Of a stretch of 64,000 nucleotides of DNA, positions 58,175 to 64,000 are shown in pieces. The stretch is taken from the NCBI GenBank assembly GCA_021849615.1, contig JAJZSQ010000002.1, positions 7,673-71,672 on the forward strand. The letters are read 5' to 3'. Below the pieces are notes generated by a model. It searched no databases, was not told where the DNA came from, and saw nothing but the letters and a program-made list of their open reading frames with translations. A program made the position numbers and the translations under genes. The stretch is from Pseudomonadota bacterium (lineage in GTDB: Bacteria > Pseudomonadota > Gammaproteobacteria > Steroidobacterales > Steroidobacteraceae). Numbering within the stretch: the stretch's first letter is position 1; each line of letters begins with the position of its first letter.

Positions 58175-58199
58175 TTGAAAATCCGACCGGCCTACCTAT
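58175..58199 (+). promoter_or_regulatory. Candidate sigma-32 heat-shock promoter of groESL
   Basis: GTTGAAAA (like CTTGAAA) followed after about 10-12 nt by CCTACCTAT (like CCCCATNT). About 85-110 nt upstream of groES. Confidence 0.45.
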
Positions 58200-58201
58200 C
58201 A

Positions 58202-58228
58202 TTAGCAGCCACACGGGTAGAGTGCTAA
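58202..58228 (+). promoter_or_regulatory. CIRCE element (HrcA operator)
   Basis: TTAGCAGCC-N9-GAGTGCTAA versus consensus TTAGCACTC-N9-GAGTGCTAA. Right arm perfect, left arm 7/9. 56 nt upstream of the groES ATG. Confidence 0.7.
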
Positions 58229-58283
58229 TAGCTCTCCCGTGGCTTTAACTTAATCCATCGTATTCTTTTAAGGAGCGTTCACC

Positions 58284-60228
<1,945 letters not shown>

Positions 60229-60368
60229 GCACCCCTCTAAAGAGGTATCGATTCCAGCGGACGGAATCGGTACCATCTCAACATCGGTTAGGGATTGTGC
60301 CCGACCCCAAAGCGGGGACAATCCTGAAAGACGCGGATCAAGACCCCCCTATTCCGCGCAATCCTCGA

Positions 60369-60395
60369 AGCCCCGCTACATGCGGGGCTTTTTTT
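60369..60395 (+). terminator. Rho-independent terminator of groESL
   Basis: AGCCCCGC-TACAT-GCGGGGCT followed by a T7 run. Confidence 0.85.
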
Positions 60396-62224
60396 GTGTG
60401 CGCCCGGCACGGGCGCACTCCTGCGGGTGCAAGTCCCGCCACAAGCTGGTCATGGCGAGTGAAGCGAAGCGCAACTGCGCGAGGGCGACCGAGCGTGGGG
60501 AGGAAGCGTGGAGCGTAAACCGCGGGCCGATGAACAAGAATCGGATAGAAGGCGCTGCCGAGCAGGGCGAGCGGGCACGAAACCGCGAAGCTCTCGTGAC
60601 CAAGGCGGAGCGGCGTAGATCCGGCGGTCGTGCGATGAAGGAGTGCGTTCTTACCCGGGGAGATCCCGCCTGATGTCTGAAAGGGCGACGGCGATGAGCC
60701 GCAGCGGGAAGTCAGCCGAGGCCGTAGTAGTCGCCGTTACGGGGCGAAGGGCCGAACGCGAGCGAGTGCTTGAGGACATGGCGATGTCGAGGGTCATGCG
60801 TCAGATGCCGGTGCGAGCCGGGCGGGCGGGGGCTGCGGACGGTGAAGCCGTGCGCGAGCCCGCCAGCGACGAAACCCGAGGCCCGCGCCGTGAACACCGG
60901 GGCACGGGGTCAGCGCTGCTGCAAGCGGCGCTGACGCGAGAGAACCTGCAGCGAGCGTGGAAGCGGGTGCGGGCCAACAAGGGCGCGGCGGGCGTGGACG
61001 GACTGGACATTGACCAGACGGCCGCGCTGCTCAAGACCGAGTGGCTGGCGATCCGCGAACGACTGCTGCAGGGCAGGTACCGGCCAGCGCCGGTACGCAG
61101 GGCATTGATCCCGAAGCCCGACGGAGGCGAGCGCGAGCTTGGCATCCCGACGGTGACGGACAGGCTGATTCAGCAGGCGCTGTTGCAGGTGCTGCAGCCG
61201 CTGATCGACCCGAGCTTCAGCGAGCACAGTTACGGCTTCCGCCCGGGGCGGCGTGCCCATGACGCGGTCCTGGCCGCCCAGGGGTACGTGCAATCGGGGC
61301 GGCGGGTCGTGGTCGACGTCGACCTGGAGAAATTCTTCGACCGGGTCAACCATGACATCCTGATGGACCGTCTGCGCCGGCGCGTTGACGATCCGGCCGT
61401 GCTGCGGCTGGTTCGCGGCTATCTGGACAGCGGCATCATGGTGGACGGGGTGGCGCAGCAACGGTATCAGGGAACGCCGCAGGGCGGGCCGCTGTCACCG
61501 CTGCTGGCCAACGTGCTGCTCGACGAGGTGGACCGGGAACTGGAGCGACGGGGCCACTGCTTCGTGCGCTACGCCGACGACTGCAACGTGTATGTACGCA
61601 GTCGCCGTGCGGGCGAGCGGGTGATGGCGCTGCTGCGCCGGCTCTACGGAAAACTGAAGCTGGCGGTCAACGAGGCCAAGAGCGCGGTGGCTGGTGTCGC
61701 GGGACGCAAGTTCCTCGGCTACAGCTTCTGGTTCGGCAACGGCGGCGTGCAACGCAAGGTCGCAGCCAAGGCGCTGCTGGCCTTCAAGCAGCGGGTGAGG
61801 GAACTGACCCGCCGTTCGGGAGGCCGCAGCATGGCCCAGGTTGTCGAGCGGCTTCGCGTGTATCTGCTGGGCTGGAAAGCCTACTTCGGGTTGGCGCAAA
61901 CGCCGCGCGTCTGGCGCGAGCTGGATGAATGGCTGCGCCACCGCCTGCGGTCGATACAGCTCAAGCAGTGGAAGCGCGGCTCGACCATCCACCGCGAATT
62001 GCGCCGCCTGGGCGCGACGGCGGCCATCGCCCGTAGGGTGGCGGCCAACTCGCGCTGCTGGTGGCGCAACAGCGGCATGCTGCTCAACGCCGTGCTGAAC
62101 CTGGCTTACTTCGACGCCCTGGGACTGCCTCGACTCTCCTGACCTCAAGCCCGCGAACCGCCCGGTGCGGACCCGCACGCCGGGTGGTGTGGCAGGGGCG
62201 CGGCTCTCATGAGCCGCCCCCTAT
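60396..62224 (+). mobile_element. Group II intron, class C-like (about 1.83 kb, apparently intact)
   Basis: Begins GTGTGCG immediately after the terminator T-run. Contains an RT/maturase ORF. After the ORF there is a domain-V-like hairpin at 62157-62188 (ACCGCCCGG-TGCG-GACC-CGCA-CG-CCGGGTGGT; 2-nt bulge, CGC with central G.T at the triad position) and a domain-VI-like hairpin at 62191-62224. The 3' boundary (..CCCCCTAT) is approximate. Confidence 0.85.
60673..62142 (+). CDS. Group II intron-encoded reverse transcriptase/maturase (no endonuclease domain)
   Basis: RT0-7 motifs: NLQRAWKRVRANKGAAGVDG, RRALIPKPDGGERELGIPTVTDRLIQQA, GTPQGGPLSPLLAN, active site FVRYADDCNVYV. X/maturase domain: YLLGWKAYFG. 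Ends without an HNH region. Start uncertain (ATG 60673; track lists GTG 60643). Confidence 0.9.
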   Translation: MSERATAMSRSGKSAEAVVVAVTGRRAERERVLEDMAMSRVMRQMPVRAGRAGAADGEAVREPASDETRGPRREHRGTGSALLQAALTRENLQRAWKRVRANKGAAGVDGLDIDQTAALLKTEWLAIRERLLQGRYRPAPVRRALIPKPDGGERELGIPTVTDRLIQQALLQVLQPLIDPSFSEHSYGFRPGRRAHDAVLAAQGYVQSGRRVVVDVDLEKFFDRVNHDILMDRLRRRVDDPAVLRLVRGYLDSGIMVDGVAQQRYQGTPQGGPLSPLLANVLLDEVDRELERRGHCFVRYADDCNVYVRSRRAGERVMALLRRLYGKLKLAVNEAKSAVAGVAGRKFLGYSFWFGNGGVQRKVAAKALLAFKQRVRELTRRSGGRSMAQVVERLRVYLLGWKAYFGLAQTPRVWRELDEWLRHRLRSIQLKQWKRGSTIHRELRRLGATAAIARRVAANSRCWWRNSGMLLNAVLNLAYFDALGLPRLS

Positions 62225-62347
62225 GCCGATTTCAATTTCGATACATCGCGGCGCGTTGTGTCGTGTGGGCCGCTGTTGCATGTCGCCAACAGTGCGCCAG
62301 TGGGGCGGCTTGCAATTCTCTGCCGCTTCGGGCTGTATGCGCCCATC

Positions 62348-64000
62348 ATGACACCTGAACTCGATGCTCTGGTGCAACGCCGTCTGGAGGCGCTCGAGAG
62401 CGCTGCGCCGGGACTGCGCGCGGCACTCGAGCCACGCCTCGATGCGGCGCTGCTGCAGGTGTTTGCTGCCAGCGATTTCGTGGCCGAAGCGTGCGTGCGT
62501 GAGCCGCAGCTGATCACGGCCGGCGATCTGCAGCGCGCCCTCGCGCCGCAGGAGGCAGCCGGCCGCACCCCGCCCCCCGAGCAGAGCGAAGCGGCGATGC
62601 TGGAGGCGCTGCGGCGCTGGCGTCGCCGTGAGTTGGTCCGTATCGCCTGGCGTGCGCTCGCCGGCGCGGCGGACATCGAGGAAACCTTGCGCGAGTCGTC
62701 GGACTTCGCCGATGCGGCGATCGGCTCGGCCGTGCACTACGCGCGCTGCCAGCTCATCGAGCGCTTCGGCGAGCCACGCGGTGTCGACGGCGTCGTGCAG
62801 CCGCTCGTCGTGCTGGCCATGGGCAAGCTCGGTGGCCGCGAGTTGAACTTCTCCTCCGACGTCGACCTGGTGTTGCTGTTTCCCGAGCACGGCGAGACTG
62901 ACGGGAAGCGTCCGATCAGCAACGAGGAATTCTTCACCCGTCTCGGTCAGGGCATGATCCGGCTGCTGGAATCCCCGACACCCGAGGGGTTCGTGCTGCG
63001 GGTGGATCTGCGACTGCGGCCCTTTGGCGACAGCGGGCCGCTGGTGACGAGCTTCGCGGCACTTGAGGATTACCTGTCGCTGCACGGGCGAGACTGGGAG
63101 CGTTACGCGTACGTGAAGGCCCGCCCGGTCGTCGGTGCCGAACGCTTCGCGGAAGTCCAGGCCGCAGCGCTGCGACCGTTCGTCTACCGGCGTTACCTCG
63201 ACTACGGCGTGTTCGAGAGCCTGCGCGAGATGAAGGGGCTGATCGAGCGCGAAGTGGCGCGGCGGGAACTGGCCGAGCACGTCAAACTCGGACCGGGCGG
63301 TATCCGCGAGATCGAGTTCATCGCGCAGACCTTTCAGCTGATCCGCGGCGGGCGCGATCCGCGGCTGCAGACGACCTCGCTGCTCGAGGCGCTCGCGCGG
63401 CTCGGCGAGGCACGCATTCTCGCGCCGGCAGCCGTCGAGGAACTGACCGCCGCGTACCGCTTTCTGCGCCGCACCGAGAATGCCCTGCAGATGCTCGACG
63501 ACCAACAGACGCACCTGTTGCCGGAGGATGCGCTCGCCCGCGAGCGGTGCGCACTCGCCGTCGGGGCGGCTGACTGGCCGGCGCTGTCCGCAGCGCTCGA
63601 GGCGCACCGCCGGCGCGTCGCGGATCACTTTCAGCGCCTGGTGCTCGGCGGTGGCGCGGTCGAGGGTGCCGGCGTGCGCATCGATCTGGGCCGGGCGTGG
63701 GATGACCCGGCGGAAACCGCCGCGCTCATCGAGTCGCTCGGGCAGGCCGGGTTCGCCGCGGCGGGCGAAGTGGCCGAGCAGTTGCTCGCGCTGCGCGCCT
63801 CGACGCTGGTGCGCAAACTCGACGAGGCCGGCCGGCACCGGCTGCAGGTGCTGCTGCCGGCGCTGCTTACCGACATCGCCGCGGCGATCGGCGCCGGCCC
63901 GGCGCAGCGGATCGTGCTGAAGCGCATCCTTGCGATCCTCGAGGCCATGGGCAAGCGCTCGGCGTATTTCGCGCTGTTGCGCGAAAGCGCGGCGGTGCGG
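62348..64000 (+). CDS. glnE: Glutamine synthetase adenylyltransferase/adenylyl-removing enzyme, N-terminal ~550 codons (runs off right edge)
   Basis: Not in the ORF track (edge-truncated). Manual translation from ATG 62348 gives MTPELDALVQRRLEALESAAP...VVLAMGKLGGRELNFSSDVDLVLLFPEHGETDG...LRVDLRLRPFGDSGPLV...DWERYAYVKARPV, the nucleotidyltransferase signature of GlnE. Track ORF 62207-63838 (-) is its antisense shadow. Confidence 0.92.
   Translation, partial: MTPELDALVQRRLEALESAAPGLRAALEPRLDAALLQVFAASDFVAEACVREPQLITAGDLQRALAPQEAAGRTPPPEQSEAAMLEALRRWRRRELVRIAWRALAGAADIEETLRESSDFADAAIGSAVHYARCQLIERFGEPRGVDGVVQPLVVLAMGKLGGRELNFSSDVDLVLLFPEHGETDGKRPISNEEFFTRLGQGMIRLLESPTPEGFVLRVDLRLRPFGDSGPLVTSFAALEDYLSLHGRDWERYAYVKARPVVGAERFAEVQAAALRPFVYRRYLDYGVFESLREMKGLIEREVARRELAEHVKLGPGGIREIEFIAQTFQLIRGGRDPRLQTTSLLEALARLGEARILAPAAVEELTAAYRFLRRTENALQMLDDQQTHLLPEDALARERCALAVGAADWPALSAALEAHRRRVADHFQRLVLGGGAVEGAGVRIDLGRAWDDPAETAALIESLGQAGFAAAGEVAEQLLALRASTLVRKLDEAGRHRLQVLLPALLTDIAAAIGAGPAQRIVLKRILAILEAMGKRSAYFALLRESAAVR

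Noticed and set aside
60643-62142. RT ORF as a retron, DGR or defence-associated reverse transcriptase
   Set aside because: It has a maturase X domain. It is flanked by a GUGUG 5' end and domain V/VI hairpins, and it sits after a terminator. All of these point to a group II intron IEP. No msr/msd-like or TR/VR repeats were seen.
62207-63838. 543-aa - strand ORF, the longest listed ORF in this region
   Set aside because: Antisense to glnE, which is not in the track because it runs off the window. The glnE translation has clear nucleotidyltransferase motifs.

Overview
High-G+C window (apparently about two-thirds G+C, estimated by eye), almost certainly from a gammaproteobacterial chromosome. 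Most of it is a chain of housekeeping blocks whose internal order matches E. coli: uvrA/ssb; miaB-ybeZ-ybeY-corC-lnt; leuS-lptE; holA-nadD-rsfS-rlmH; maf-rng; tldD; rhlB/trxA-rho; purD-purH-fis-dusB-DUF3426-prmA-accC-accB-aroQ (minus strand); tlpA-like-dsbD-cutA; groES-groEL; glnE. Three regions depart from that. (1) 11785-22250: a 12-gene block sits between lptE and holA. It holds a tightly coupled phosphoribosyltransferase / dienelactone-hydrolase / PRPP-synthetase-paralog operon, an APH-fold kinase-like gene, a nitroreductase, a GNAT, a GlsB-type stress protein, a fused Mo/W-type ABC importer and pip. (2) 34726-41680: a visibly lower-G+C islet directly after rho. It opens with a phased 21-bp repeat array and contains two different truncated group II introns, IS3- and IS5-like transposase fragments and three exported-protein genes (GH5-like, YHYH lipoprotein, unknown). 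A TPR-sulfotransferase/TonB-dependent receptor pair follows it. (3) 60396-62224: an apparently intact class-C-like group II intron inserted right after the groEL terminator. No tRNA, rRNA or CRISPR was seen by eye. Many long ORFs in the supplied track are antisense shadows typical of high-G+C DNA. Two real edge-truncated genes (uvrA, glnE) are missing from the track. Start codons were chosen by manual alignment to remembered homologs and are approximate where stated. All family assignments rest on motifs I recognised, not on searches.
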